Below the pieces are notes generated by a model. The model made no database searches, was not told the DNA's origin, and saw only the letters and a program-made list of their open reading frames with translations. A stretch of DNA of 64,000 bases from Candidatus Woesearchaeota archaeon (lineage in GTDB: Archaea; Nanobdellota; Nanobdellia; Woesearchaeales; JABGXB01), in assembly GCA_018675975.1 (NCBI GenBank), contig JABGXB010000002.1, positions 318,098-382,097 of the forward strand, written 5' to 3'. Of the stretch, positions 41,788 through 51,758 are shown in pieces. The first letter of the stretch is position 1; every line of letters begins with the position of its first letter. The position numbers were made by a program, and so were the translations under genes.

Positions 41788-43053
41788 ATGAATTTAATAA
41801 AACAAATATTTGAAGAATTTAATAAAAATAAAATAAATTATTCAATAATTAGAAATTATGAATTTTTAGTTCAAAACAAAGAATATTATGATGGAAAAGA
41901 TATTGATATTTTAGTTAAAAAATCAGATTATAAAAAATTAGAAAACCTTATTTTAAAAAATAATTTTTTTAAAATTGATTTAAATTATGGAACAAATCAC
42001 AAAGCTTTTGTAAATACAAAAAATAAACAAATAATATCATTACACATCCATTTAGGTGGAATTAGTGGCACATCAACAATATATTTAAATGAAAAAATAT
42101 TAATTAATAAAAAATTAAAAAATAGTTTTTACACACTTGATGAAAAAGATCAATTTATTGCATTAATTTTACATATAATTTTAGATGGCAAAGAATGGAG
42201 AGAAACTTATAAGACTCAAGCAATTGAATTAATTGAAAAATCTAATAAATTATATACTTATTTTTCAAAAAATATTGCAAATGAAATTATTGAAAAAATA
42301 AAAAATAAAGAATTTGATAATTTTAATGTAAAAAAATATAAATTAAATTATAAATTAAATAATCCTTCATTTACGTTTAGTAAAATTTCATATATGATAA
42401 AATCATTCATTTGGGTTTTAAAAAGAATATTTAAAGGTGGAAATTTAATTGCAGTAGTTGGCTTAGATGGAACTGGAAAAACAACATTAACTGATAATGT
42501 AAATAATTATTATAAAAAATCATTAATTAGAACAAAATTAATTTATTTTGGAAGGGGTAAAAACAATATAATACCAATAAAAAAAATATCAGCCCCATTT
42601 ATTAAAAAAAAAGAAAAAATACATGAAAACAGCCCAACAGTTGGAAAAACAAAAAAAACTAGCATTTTATTCACATTAGGATCAATAGTATTTTTTATTG
42701 ATTTAATATTAAGATATTTTTTTACTATAAAAATATCCAAAATAAAATACGACTTAGTTTTAACCGATAGATTTGCAACAGATTTAATTTTGATGAATGG
42801 AGTTCCTTTTTGGTTGAGAAAAATGTATTTTTATTTAATTCCGAAACCAAATATAATGATTTATTTATATAATGATATAAATACTTTAAATATAAGAAAA
42901 AAACATCCAATAGATGATTTAAAAAGACAAGAAGAAATATATTCATATTTAATTAAAAAATATAATTTTTTTAAAATAAAATCTGAAAATATAGAACAAG
43001 TGAAAACCGAATCATTAATTAAAATAAATGAATTATTAAATTATAAAAAATGA
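41788..43053 (+). CDS. Nucleotidyltransferase-like domain fused to thymidylate-kinase-like P-loop domain
   Basis: N-terminal 'IRNYE......GKDIDILV' (DxD, Pol-beta-type); C-terminal 'AVVGLDGTGKTT', 'VLTDRF..D', 'PKPN..IYL'. Confidence 0.75.
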   Translation: MNLIKQIFEEFNKNKINYSIIRNYEFLVQNKEYYDGKDIDILVKKSDYKKLENLILKNNFFKIDLNYGTNHKAFVNTKNKQIISLHIHLGGISGTSTIYLNEKILINKKLKNSFYTLDEKDQFIALILHIILDGKEWRETYKTQAIELIEKSNKLYTYFSKNIANEIIEKIKNKEFDNFNVKKYKLNYKLNNPSFTFSKISYMIKSFIWVLKRIFKGGNLIAVVGLDGTGKTTLTDNVNNYYKKSLIRTKLIYFGRGKNNIIPIKKISAPFIKKKEKIHENSPTVGKTKKTSILFTLGSIVFFIDLILRYFFTIKISKIKYDLVLTDRFATDLILMNGVPFWLRKMYFYLIPKPNIMIYLYNDINTLNIRKKHPIDDLKRQEEIYSYLIKKYNFFKIKSENIEQVKTESLIKINELLNYKK

Positions 43054-43850
43054 ATATAACTGAAAGCAAATTTATTAAAAAATATGAAGAAGAATGTCCT
43101 AGTTTTAAATTAATAGATATAAAATCCATAAAAAAGACAATTAGATTAGATAATATTAAATCAGTTGAATTAGAAAAATATAAAATAAAATTAGAAAAAA
43201 TTAAAAAAAATTTATATTCATATAATGCAGATTTTAATATTACAAGTACATTACCATATTTAGATGGAAAATTTTTCATTCAAGGGGAACCTAGTTTTGA
43301 TACAGTTGAATTATTAGATCCAAATTCAAATGAAATCATATTAGATATGTGTGCAGCACCCGGTTCAAAAACAACTCACACCTCAAATTTAATGAAAAAT
43401 AAAGGAACCATAGTTGCAATTGAAAATAATGCTAATAGATTTAAAAAATTAAAATTCAATTTAGAAAAAAGTAAATGTGAAAATATAATCTGTATTCAAG
43501 AAGATGCTACAATATTTGAGTCAAAAGTAAAATTTGATAAAATTTTAATTGATGCACCATGTTCAGGAAATTATACAGTAGAAAAAGATTGGTTTGAAAA
43601 AAGAACAGATTTTGATATTGAAAATAAAGCAAGAGTACAAAAAAAATTAATTAAAAATGCATGTAATTTAATTAAAAAAAATGGAATTTTAATATATTCA
43701 ACATGCAGTCTTGAAAAAAAAGAAGATGAAGAAATAGTCGAATATGCCAAAAAATTGGGATTTAAAGTATTATATGAAAAAAAATACTGGCCCCATATAG
43801 AAAATACTATAGGATTTTATATGGCAAAATTAGAATATATAGGCAGTTAA
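43050..43850 (+). CDS. RsmB/NOP2-family RNA m5C methyltransferase
   Basis: 'ILDMCAAPGSKT', 'FDKILIDAPCSG', 'LIYSTCS'. Confidence 0.93.
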   Translation: MNITESKFIKKYEEECPSFKLIDIKSIKKTIRLDNIKSVELEKYKIKLEKIKKNLYSYNADFNITSTLPYLDGKFFIQGEPSFDTVELLDPNSNEIILDMCAAPGSKTTHTSNLMKNKGTIVAIENNANRFKKLKFNLEKSKCENIICIQEDATIFESKVKFDKILIDAPCSGNYTVEKDWFEKRTDFDIENKARVQKKLIKNACNLIKKNGILIYSTCSLEKKEDEEIVEYAKKLGFKVLYEKKYWPHIENTIGFYMAKLEYIGS

Positions 43851-43880
43851 TTTTATAAATAAAATGAAAAACCATTTAAT

Positions 43881-43997
43881 TGGAACGGTCATAGCGGAGA
43901 GGTTACACCTGAACCCATTTCGAACTCAGAAGTTAAGGGCTCCAGCGAAGTCATGTGTACTGGACTTATGTCCGGGAAATTGTATACGCTGTTCCAT
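43881..43997 (+). rRNA. rrf: 5S rRNA, stand-alone
   Basis: Terminal helix TGGAACGG/CTGTTCCA; conserved 'CCCATTTCGAAC', 'GAAGTTAAG', 'GTACT...GGGAA'; ~117 nt; TTTATAAA box at 43852-43859. Confidence 0.92.
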
Positions 43998-44040
43998 TCT
44001 TTATATATAATTTTATAATTAAATCTATTGTAATCATATT

Positions 44041-45093
44041 ATGAATAGTTATCAAATATATAATTTAATAAAAGAAATTCAATTAATTAAAGAATCTAGA
44101 ATTAATAATATTAGTTTATGTGAAGATTATTCAATTTTAATAGAATTATATTCTGCAAGCATTAAAAAAAAATATTTGCACATAAAGGTACCTAATTTTT
44201 TATTTTTAAGAAATGAGAAATGTGATATAATACAAGCAAATTCATTCACTAAAACATTAAGAGAAAAATTATTAGGATCTATTATTAAAGAAATAATACA
44301 ATGCGGTGCAGATAGAATTATTGAATTTAAATTGTCAAATGATAAAAAATTAATAATAGAATTATTTTTACGTGGAAATATAATTATTCTTGATAATGAC
44401 AATAAAATTGAATTAATAATGGATAAAAAGAAATTTGAAAATAAAAAATCCAATATTGGTGAAGAATATAATATAGTAAATCCAGCATTTGAATATAAAA
44501 AAATAACTTATGAAAAAATCAATAAATTAATTGAAAATAATAAAGGAGACACAATAGGTCTTTTTATTGCAACAAAATTAAATTTAGCAAAAGAAATATC
44601 AGAATTTTTATGTAATGAATTAAATTTTGATAAAAATAAATTTATGAATGAATTAAAAAAAGAAGAAAAAGAAAATTTGATCAAAAAAATTAAAGAAATT
44701 TTAAAAATAAAACCCTCAATTAATATTAATAAAAATTCACTATTAACCATACCTGATAATAATAAAAGTCAATTTGATACAATAAGTGAAGGTTTTAAAA
44801 AAATTAATGAACAGTTAAAAGAAAAAATAACAAACACCAAATATACTAATCAAATAAATAAAATAAAAAATATAATAAAAAAACAAAATAAATTATTAGA
44901 AATTAATAAAAAAAAAGAAGAAGAATATAATTTAGTTGCAAATAAATTATATGAAAATTTTGAAAATAATGAAGCAATTTTAAATAAAATCAAAGATGAT
45001 AATAAAATAATTGAAAATAATACATTTATTAAAAAGAACAATATATTAAAAATAAATAAGAAGAATAAAACATTAATAATTAAAATTCAATAA
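44041..45093 (+). CDS. Rqc2/NFACT (FbpA-like) protein, N-terminal portion only
   Basis: 'F...LR..L.G..I..I.Q...DRIIEF', 'LIIELF..GNIIIL.D', then HhH-like and coiled-coil segments; ends before an NFACT-R domain. Confidence 0.8.
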   Translation: MNSYQIYNLIKEIQLIKESRINNISLCEDYSILIELYSASIKKKYLHIKVPNFLFLRNEKCDIIQANSFTKTLREKLLGSIIKEIIQCGADRIIEFKLSNDKKLIIELFLRGNIIILDNDNKIELIMDKKKFENKKSNIGEEYNIVNPAFEYKKITYEKINKLIENNKGDTIGLFIATKLNLAKEISEFLCNELNFDKNKFMNELKKEEKENLIKKIKEILKIKPSININKNSLLTIPDNNKSQFDTISEGFKKINEQLKEKITNTKYTNQINKIKNIIKKQNKLLEINKKKEEEYNLVANKLYENFENNEAILNKIKDDNKIIENNTFIKKNNILKINKKNKTLIIKIQ

Positions 45094-45447
45094 TTATTTT
45101 CTTTTTCTAACAATAATTCTGTGTCTTTTTACAACACCAAAAGAAAATATACTAAATAAAAATAAAACTCCAATCATAAAATAGTTTGAAACATTAGAAG
45201 TTTCAATGCCCGTTAAACTAAATGCACCAGTAAATAAATTGGCTGAAAAAAAATCAAATATATTTGTATATTCCCCAGTAAAAGACAGAACAAATAAACC
45301 AAATAGCCCAATACCTAATACTTTTATTACTTGCATATATTTATCCTCAGAAGTAAAATCATCAGTAACTTTAGGATTATCAGAAAAAGTTAGACGATTT
45401 GTTAAAAAAGAATTTAAATTTTCTTTTTTCAAATTAGTTTTTGCCAT
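45094..45447 (-). CDS. Small two-TM membrane protein
   Basis: Two hydrophobic helices, repeated (F/L)TG motifs, basic C-terminal tail. Likely ATG at 45447. Confidence 0.55.
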   Translation of the reverse strand: MAKTNLKKENLNSFLTNRLTFSDNPKVTDDFTSEDKYMQVIKVLGIGLFGLFVLSFTGEYTNIFDFFSANLFTGAFSLTGIETSNVSNYFMIGVLFLFSIFSFGVVKRHRIIVRKRK

Positions 45448-45481
45448 AATAAAAATTAGTTTTTTTGATTTATAAAACAAA

Positions 45482-48298
45482 CTATTTTTTATTATCTAAT
45501 AATATTTTTGTTTTTTTTACAAAACTACCCACGTCATCTTTTGAAAATTTATAAATTGAAATAAAAATTAATAATATTAATATAATTGTTATAAATAATG
45601 CCACATTTTTTGTATTTTTAATAAAATTAGTATCAGTTATAATTTCTTTTGCAGTTTGTTCTTCAATTTTTGTTGTAGTTTTAATATTTAATTTAGTACC
45701 ACTTACACCAACAAGACTAAAAACAACATCTGCAACTCCATCTAAATCTAAATCAATATAATTTGAAATTCCTTTTTTAAATATAATTTCTTGTCCAGTT
45801 GATTCAATTTTACCTATGATTATATCATTTTTTGCATCACTTATACTAATTTCATAATCTTTATTTTCATATTCAATTAATAATACATCAGATTGCTCAA
45901 TAATTGCAGAACGAGTATTATCATCAATCTCACCATAATCTACAACTCTCGCATCATATTCATCACTATATCCAATAATTGCATCAACAATTTCACCACA
46001 TTTTTTTTGTTCAACTGGTTTTAATGAACTAGAATCACAAGATGTTGTTTGACTACAAGATCTTGTTTGAATATTATTTGAACAAACAGACCAATCATCA
46101 CAATTATAATCTTCTTCACAAATTTTTTCTTCATATAATACTTGTTCTTGAATTGAAACTTCTGTACAAGATCTTTGAATTGAAGGTGAAGAACCACCAC
46201 AACTTGAAACTTCATCACACGTTCTAGATTGTAAACTAGACTGACAAGTTGTCCAAGAAGAACAATCCCATGCAGAAACACACTCTTTATTCATTTCAGC
46301 TTCAGCAGCTTCTTTTTCAGCTTTAGCTTTATTAAAAGCTTGTGAATTACTACTACCGCCTCCACCACCACCAGAACTTGATGAAGAAGATGAACTTGAA
46401 GATTCAACAACATCACTTATAGTTAATGAAGTATTTAATGAACCACCTTCATAATTACTATCATCAACAATTAATCTTATTTCATAATCACCAGGATCTG
46501 CAATAGAATATGAAGTTGAGTAATTAGTTACATCAGTCGCAATACTTGTTGATGAAGTTTTATATAAAAAAATATCAAAAGGAGCATCATAAGTTGAATT
46601 TGCAATAAAATTAAATGATGTATCTTCATTAATAGTAAATGCGCTTGCAGAAACACCATTTAATGCAAAAGATAAATTATATACATTATTTTTACTAATA
46701 TTTATAGTCCCTGTTTTTGTATTAATATTACCACTATCATCTTTTGAATTTATTACATAAACATAATTTGATACATTTAATATACTCAAATTAAATAAAT
46801 ATTTTTGATTAGTTCCATTAATTTCAGAAACACTAGAATTTTCCTTGGGATTAAGTTCTGCAAAAATAGTTCTCTGACCAATAAGTAATGTGCTTTGATT
46901 AATATTAGAACCATCAGTTGAATTAAAAAATAAATATCGATTTGAATTAATATAATAAGATAAATTTGAAAATAGATCTATATTTGAAATATTTGGTAAA
47001 GCAGTATCTTTAACTTGTACTGATATTGTAAAATCAGTTTCATAGCCAGCATCATTTGTAGTTGTAAAATTAACTTGATAATAACCAGGATCTAATAAAC
47101 TAGCATTTACTATATTAGTTCCATTTACTATAAATTCAGGACTCGAATCTAATATAGAAGTTACAGTATTATCACCTAAAAAACTAATATTAATATTAAT
47201 AGGCGTATTATACTCATAAAAATAACTTGAATTTACCACAATTATATTTTGACTTGAATTTGATATTACTAAAGGAAAATTAATTGTTTGAGAGTCATAA
47301 TTATCATCGCCTTTTGTTATAAGTTCAATTTGATAACTACCTATAGATAAATCTAAATAAATATCATTATTATCAATATATGAATTATTATCATTGGTTG
47401 CATTTAATTTTACATATGTAGCATTAACAAAAGAACCCAAATCAAAAACTTCTTGGCTATTGGATAAAATTCTTAATGAATAATTATTTTCCGTTGTATT
47501 TATATCAATAGAAAAATTATATTTTGTATTATTAAAAATGGAAATAATAAATAAATCACTACCAATAAAAGAAATATTAGTATCATCATTTTTTAAAATT
47601 GAATATGAGTAATTTATACTATTAATATTACCAGCTCTGTCAGCAGCAGTAATATTGAAAATATAATCACTAGCATTAAAATCATTTAATTCTAAAAAAA
47701 ACTCATTTCCTAAATCAGTTAAATTATATGTCGTTTCATTTATTTTTATTGTTATATAATCAATATCATCAGATTCAGTAAAATTAACTGTAAAATTATA
47801 ATTTTGTCTTAGGTATTTGGATCCATTAGGCACACTTGGAATAAAATATTGAAATTGTGGTGCTAAAAGGTCAACAGCAGGTAATGTTGTAAAATTTTTA
47901 ATTGATGAATTTTTTACACTTGCACTATCATTTGATTGTATTTTATAATAATATAAAGTTGATGAATTTAAACCATCAAGCAAATAATTATGTGCTAATA
48001 AAGATGAAGAATTTGTTTCGTTCATTGACAAATTCAAATCAGCCCCGTAAAAAATTACGGTTGTACTATTAATTGAATTAGACCAATTTAATTCAACTGA
48101 ATTTGAAGTAATATTGTTTGAAGTTAAACCCACAATATTTAAACTAAAACTAATTTGTATAGTTCCAACTTGATTATTTTGTGAAATTAAATCTCCAGTA
48201 AAACTATTTTCAAATAGGGATACTCCTTGTACAACTAATAAAATACTCCATAAAAACAACGATATCTTTAATAATTCTTTATTTATCATTTTATACAA
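45482..48298 (-). CDS. Large membrane-anchored surface glycoprotein (FN3/Ig-like domains, Ser/Gly linker, two Cys-rich repeats)
   Basis: N-terminal hydrophobic segment; FN3-like 'NITSNSVELNW...H...L.GL..ST.YYYKI.S.D'; dense NxS/T sequons; SSSSSSSSSSGGGGG linker; C-terminal TM plus basic tail. Confidence 0.8.
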   Translation of the reverse strand: MYKMINKELLKISLFLWSILLVVQGVSLFENSFTGDLISQNNQVGTIQISFSLNIVGLTSNNITSNSVELNWSNSINSTTVIFYGADLNLSMNETNSSSLLAHNYLLDGLNSSTLYYYKIQSNDSASVKNSSIKNFTTLPAVDLLAPQFQYFIPSVPNGSKYLRQNYNFTVNFTESDDIDYITIKINETTYNLTDLGNEFFLELNDFNASDYIFNITAADRAGNINSINYSYSILKNDDTNISFIGSDLFIISIFNNTKYNFSIDINTTENNYSLRILSNSQEVFDLGSFVNATYVKLNATNDNNSYIDNNDIYLDLSIGSYQIELITKGDDNYDSQTINFPLVISNSSQNIIVVNSSYFYEYNTPININISFLGDNTVTSILDSSPEFIVNGTNIVNASLLDPGYYQVNFTTTNDAGYETDFTISVQVKDTALPNISNIDLFSNLSYYINSNRYLFFNSTDGSNINQSTLLIGQRTIFAELNPKENSSVSEINGTNQKYLFNLSILNVSNYVYVINSKDDSGNINTKTGTINISKNNVYNLSFALNGVSASAFTINEDTSFNFIANSTYDAPFDIFLYKTSSTSIATDVTNYSTSYSIADPGDYEIRLIVDDSNYEGGSLNTSLTISDVVESSSSSSSSSSGGGGGGSSNSQAFNKAKAEKEAAEAEMNKECVSAWDCSSWTTCQSSLQSRTCDEVSSCGGSSPSIQRSCTEVSIQEQVLYEEKICEEDYNCDDWSVCSNNIQTRSCSQTTSCDSSSLKPVEQKKCGEIVDAIIGYSDEYDARVVDYGEIDDNTRSAIIEQSDVLLIEYENKDYEISISDAKNDIIIGKIESTGQEIIFKKGISNYIDLDLDGVADVVFSLVGVSGTKLNIKTTTKIEEQTAKEIITDTNFIKNTKNVALFITIILILLIFISIYKFSKDDVGSFVKKTKILLDNKK
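45998..46282 (-). repeat. Two tandem 6-Cys thrombospondin-like peptide repeats
   Basis: CVSAWDCSSWTTCQSSLQSRTC...C...RSC (46166-46282) and CEEDYNCDDWSVCSNNIQTRSC...C...KKC (45998-46120). Confidence 0.8.
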
Positions 48299-48711
48299 TC
48301 ATATTCAAATTTAACTTTACCCTCATATTTGCCCAAAGGAAACTCATTAGCACTAATTGCCAAACCCATTTCCAATTCTTTTTGCTCAGACTTATTTAAA
48401 ATAAAATTATTATTATCAATAAAAATACTTTTTGCCAATGGTCCTTCCACTAAAATATTTACAATACAATTTTTATCAAAATCATTTGAAATAGTAAACC
48501 ATCGTTTTCTAACATGAGAGTCATTTACATACATAGAACCAAAATGAATTTTATCATTATCCGCATTAAAACCATATTCTTCTGATTTAATAATATATGC
48601 ATCATATTCAAAATATTTTACTTTTGGTTTTTCAATTAAAAAAAAAGAAGCAATTAAGATTACAATACAAATTAACAAAATAAAATAAAATTTATTTTTA
48701 TTTGAAATCAT
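48286..48711 (-). CDS. Exported single Ig-like-domain hypothetical protein
   Basis: N-terminal TM; beta-rich 'GFNAD.DKIHFG...R..TISN...GKYEGKVKF'. Confidence 0.6.
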   Translation of the reverse strand: MISNKNKFYFILLICIVILIASFFLIEKPKVKYFEYDAYIIKSEEYGFNADNDKIHFGSMYVNDSHVRKRWFTISNDFDKNCIVNILVEGPLAKSIFIDNNNFILNKSEQKELEMGLAISANEFPLGKYEGKVKFEYDCIK

Positions 48712-50191
48712 CTAATATATCCCTCTTTTTTGCATTTTTAAAATGTCTATTAAAATAATTATCATAATCATCAGAATTTGATGAAATTTTATTATTATTA
48801 TTATTTATTACATTATTTACACTTTCAAAATTTGATTTAATATCATTCCAAGACATTTTAGATTTTGCAGTATTAATATTAAATTGTTTGTCATTATTAA
48901 ATTTATTAGTTTTATTTAATATTGGCACACCACTAGGTTTTTGTCTTAAATTAATATTAGTATTAATATGATTATTCGAACTATTTGCATAAACAATATT
49001 ATTATTAATATTTTTATTGTTAGAAATTATCTTTTTACTATGAGTTAAATGTCTTTTATGTTTTTTTCCAAAAAATTCATAACAAAATAATATAATTGCT
49101 AAAATTAAAATAATTAATCCAAAATAAAAATAACCACCATTAGCATTTGCATTTTTATATGCAATACTTTCTGTTATATCAATTACATTAACTTCAAAAG
49201 TTTTTAAAGTTTGTTTTTCAACACCCTTATAAACATATTTTAAATCAACAGTTAAATTGTATTTTCCATTCAATACATTTTTTAAATCAATAAATCCCTT
49301 CAAATTACCTTTAAACCAAGATTTCAATTCAATTGTTGGAGAATTAGATTCAGAAACAGTTTTACCATTTTTTTTTAAAATATAATTCGCTCGAACGTTT
49401 GTTAAATCACCATTCCACCTACTATCTATTTCAACATCCATTTCATTGATTATATTAGTAACAAATTCATTTGTTATATTTACAACATCTACAAAAACAT
49501 CACCTAATTTAAAATCACCTTTTGAAAAAGAATTTTTATCTTCTCCATAAAAAACAGATACATCATATTTGTAAATATCAGGTCTTCTTTTATTAACATC
49601 CCAATCAAAAATTAAAGGTTTTTCATCATATAAATTTAATTCAAAACCCTCGTGTTTTAAAGTATCCAATTTATTTCCATCAATATCATAAATATTTAAT
49701 ATTGCATCAAAATTATTTATAGTTTTATTACCTAAACTTATTACTTTAAATTTAATACCTGAATAATCATTTTTAGTATATTGTTTTTGGTCAAGTCCAA
49801 CAGTCATATATTGAATATTAAAATGTTTTATAATAAACAAAGAATACGCTACGGCAGCTTGAGCCATACCTTGATTTTTACCTAATGGTTGTATAACAAT
49901 ATGATATTTGTGTTCACCTGGTGAAATAGAATCAAAAGGTACATTTAAATCAAAAGTAAAGAACATAGTATCACCAGTTACATTTACTATTTTTCTTTTT
50001 TCTTTAAAAAAAGGAGCACTAAAATCAAATTGAATTACATCATAATTTGCAAGCTGACCGACCATAAATTTAATTTTACCATTAAAATCATGATCTAAAA
50101 CTAAAGTGTCTTTTGGAGGAGATAAAGAAACTGAATTTGAAAAAGTAGAGAACAAAAATACAAATATTAAAAAAAAAATTACTCTTTTCAT
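48698..50191 (-). CDS. Exported multi-Ig-domain protein with C-terminal TM and Asn-rich cytoplasmic tail
   Basis: Signal peptide then 'VSLSPP'; three beta-sandwich-like units ending 'PGEHKY', 'PDIYKY', 'NGKYNL'; TM 'YFYFGLIILILAIILF'. Confidence 0.6.
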   Translation of the reverse strand: MKRVIFFLIFVFLFSTFSNSVSLSPPKDTLVLDHDFNGKIKFMVGQLANYDVIQFDFSAPFFKEKRKIVNVTGDTMFFTFDLNVPFDSISPGEHKYHIVIQPLGKNQGMAQAAVAYSLFIIKHFNIQYMTVGLDQKQYTKNDYSGIKFKVISLGNKTINNFDAILNIYDIDGNKLDTLKHEGFELNLYDEKPLIFDWDVNKRRPDIYKYDVSVFYGEDKNSFSKGDFKLGDVFVDVVNITNEFVTNIINEMDVEIDSRWNGDLTNVRANYILKKNGKTVSESNSPTIELKSWFKGNLKGFIDLKNVLNGKYNLTVDLKYVYKGVEKQTLKTFEVNVIDITESIAYKNANANGGYFYFGLIILILAIILFCYEFFGKKHKRHLTHSKKIISNNKNINNNIVYANSSNNHINTNINLRQKPSGVPILNKTNKFNNDKQFNINTAKSKMSWNDIKSNFESVNNVINNNNNKISSNSDDYDNYFNRHFKNAKKRDILDDFK

Positions 50192-50256
50192 ATTAAAAAA
50201 ATAGAATCACTATTTATAAAAATAATTAAAAAAAAATAAAATTAAAAATTAAAAAA

Positions 50257-50937
50257 TTAACTTGCACTCGCAATAAAAGTAACATTTAAAATTCTATTAC
50301 TTACCGCAGCTTGCCCAACTGGAACAGTCATGTTTGCAACAACATTAATACCTTTAGTAGTTGATAAATAACCACAATCATCACCAATCATTCTTGAAGT
50401 ATTTAAAGCTACAGCACTTGAATTCCAAATTGGATATGTTTGACCATTAACAGCAGTACAATTACTACCACTTACATAAAGTCCATATTCCCAAATTGCA
50501 GATTCATTAATATACCGACAATCACCTGCAGCTGCAGTTTCATAAATAGAACACGAACTAGACGTAAGAGTCCAAGGACTTTGTAAATCATTGTTTGAAG
50601 AATGATATGCACCTAATGCAATGTTACCTGTACCATTATTAATAAGTACAATTTGATTTGCCGCATTAGCTGCTGCAGAACCACCATCAATACCAGATGT
50701 TGACACTGTAGTTACACCTGCAGTTAAATTTGTCATAATTATACCAGATTTTACTATTTGTAAACTAATTAAAGAACTAAGTGTTACATTAACAGTTCCT
50801 GATTGATTATTTTCGGTTACCAACAAACCGCTTAATTGAGCTGGATTATTTAAAACAAAAAATGTTCCACCTAATGAAACAACAATTGTAACAGCTAACA
50901 ATGCAGCTAATGTTCTATTTGAAATATCTTCCGCCAT
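50257..50937 (-). CDS. Exported beta-rich protein, candidate major fibre/surface subunit
   Basis: AGGTGA SD before the ATG at 50937; 'ISNRTLAALLAVTIVVSLGGT' hydrophobic leader; A/G/S/T/N-rich; 10 NxS/T sequons after the leader; four Cys; ends in the beta-strand 'LNVTFIASAS'. Confidence 0.65.
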   Translation of the reverse strand: MAEDISNRTLAALLAVTIVVSLGGTFFVLNNPAQLSGLLVTENNQSGTVNVTLSSLISLQIVKSGIIMTNLTAGVTTVSTSGIDGGSAAANAANQIVLINNGTGNIALGAYHSSNNDLQSPWTLTSSSCSIYETAAAGDCRYINESAIWEYGLYVSGSNCTAVNGQTYPIWNSSAVALNTSRMIGDDCGYLSTTKGINVVANMTVPVGQAAVSNRILNVTFIASAS

Positions 50938-51169
50938 ATTTTTCATCACCTTTATTATCGTTAAATGACACTACAACCTGCCCTGTAATTGAATCAGTTT
51001 CTGGGGCACTCATACTAATTTCTAAAGTACCCACGGCTTCCGGTTCGTTTACCCGCAATTCAGTATCTGTTGTGTAACCGGACATAACCATCCAAGTTCC
51101 AACAACTGATAAAACTAAAACTACAGCCACAAGAACGGCAAGTGTTTGTCTTGAAAGATCTCCTGTCAT
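50915..51169 (-). CDS. Small exported protein with leader paralogous to 50257..50937
   Basis: 84 aa from the ATG at 51169; 'LSRQTLAVLVAVVLVLSVVGTW'; strands 'VGTLEISMS' and 'ITGQVVVSF'. Confidence 0.6.
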   Translation of the reverse strand: MTGDLSRQTLAVLVAVVLVLSVVGTWMVMSGYTTDTELRVNEPEAVGTLEISMSAPETDSITGQVVVSFNDNKGDEKYGGRYFK

Positions 51170-51288
51170 TTTTTTCCCTCTTTTTAGAGTAAATACTCTT
51201 AGTATTAAATGAGAAATTACCATTTATAAATGTTTCTGAGGGCGTAATAAATAAATAATTATATAAACAAAAAAAAAAAGTAAATATT

Positions 51289-51693
51289 ATGGAATCATAT
51301 GAAAATTTATTAAAAAAAGCAATTAGTGAAATTCCCGAGAGTGCATCCAATAAAGAAAGATTTGAATCACCAAAAATTATATCAATTATACAAGGTAATA
51401 AAACAATTATTCAAAATTTTACACAAATATGTGATCAATTATCTAGAAAGCCATTACACTTACAAAAATATTTGTTAAGAGAACTTGCAGCACCAGGCGA
51501 AGTATTTAAAAGTTCATTGAAAATTGGTTCAACAATAAAAAAAGAAAAATTAGAACAAAAATTAGAATCATATATTAATACATTTGTTTTATGTAATGAA
51601 TGCAATAGGCCCGATACTAAATTAGAAAAAGATGAAAAGGGAATTATAAGAAAAAAATGTATGGCTTGTGGTACAATTGTAGTAGTTAAGTAA
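51289..51693 (+). CDS. Archaeal translation initiation factor 2 beta subunit
   Basis: 'YENLLKKA', 'ERFE.P', 'GNKTII.NF', 'L.RELA.PG', zinc ribbon 'CNECNRPDT...CMACG'. Confidence 0.95.
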   Translation: MESYENLLKKAISEIPESASNKERFESPKIISIIQGNKTIIQNFTQICDQLSRKPLHLQKYLLRELAAPGEVFKSSLKIGSTIKKEKLEQKLESYINTFVLCNECNRPDTKLEKDEKGIIRKKCMACGTIVVVK

Positions 51694-51758
51694 TTTTAAA
51701 TCAACATTATTGAATAATAAATCAAAAAATTTTTAATTGAGTAATATTCTTTTTTAAT

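Noticed and set aside
46352..46405. Ser/Gly low-complexity tract as a DNA tandem repeat
   Set aside because: Codons are mixed; it is a protein linker, not a nucleotide repeat array.
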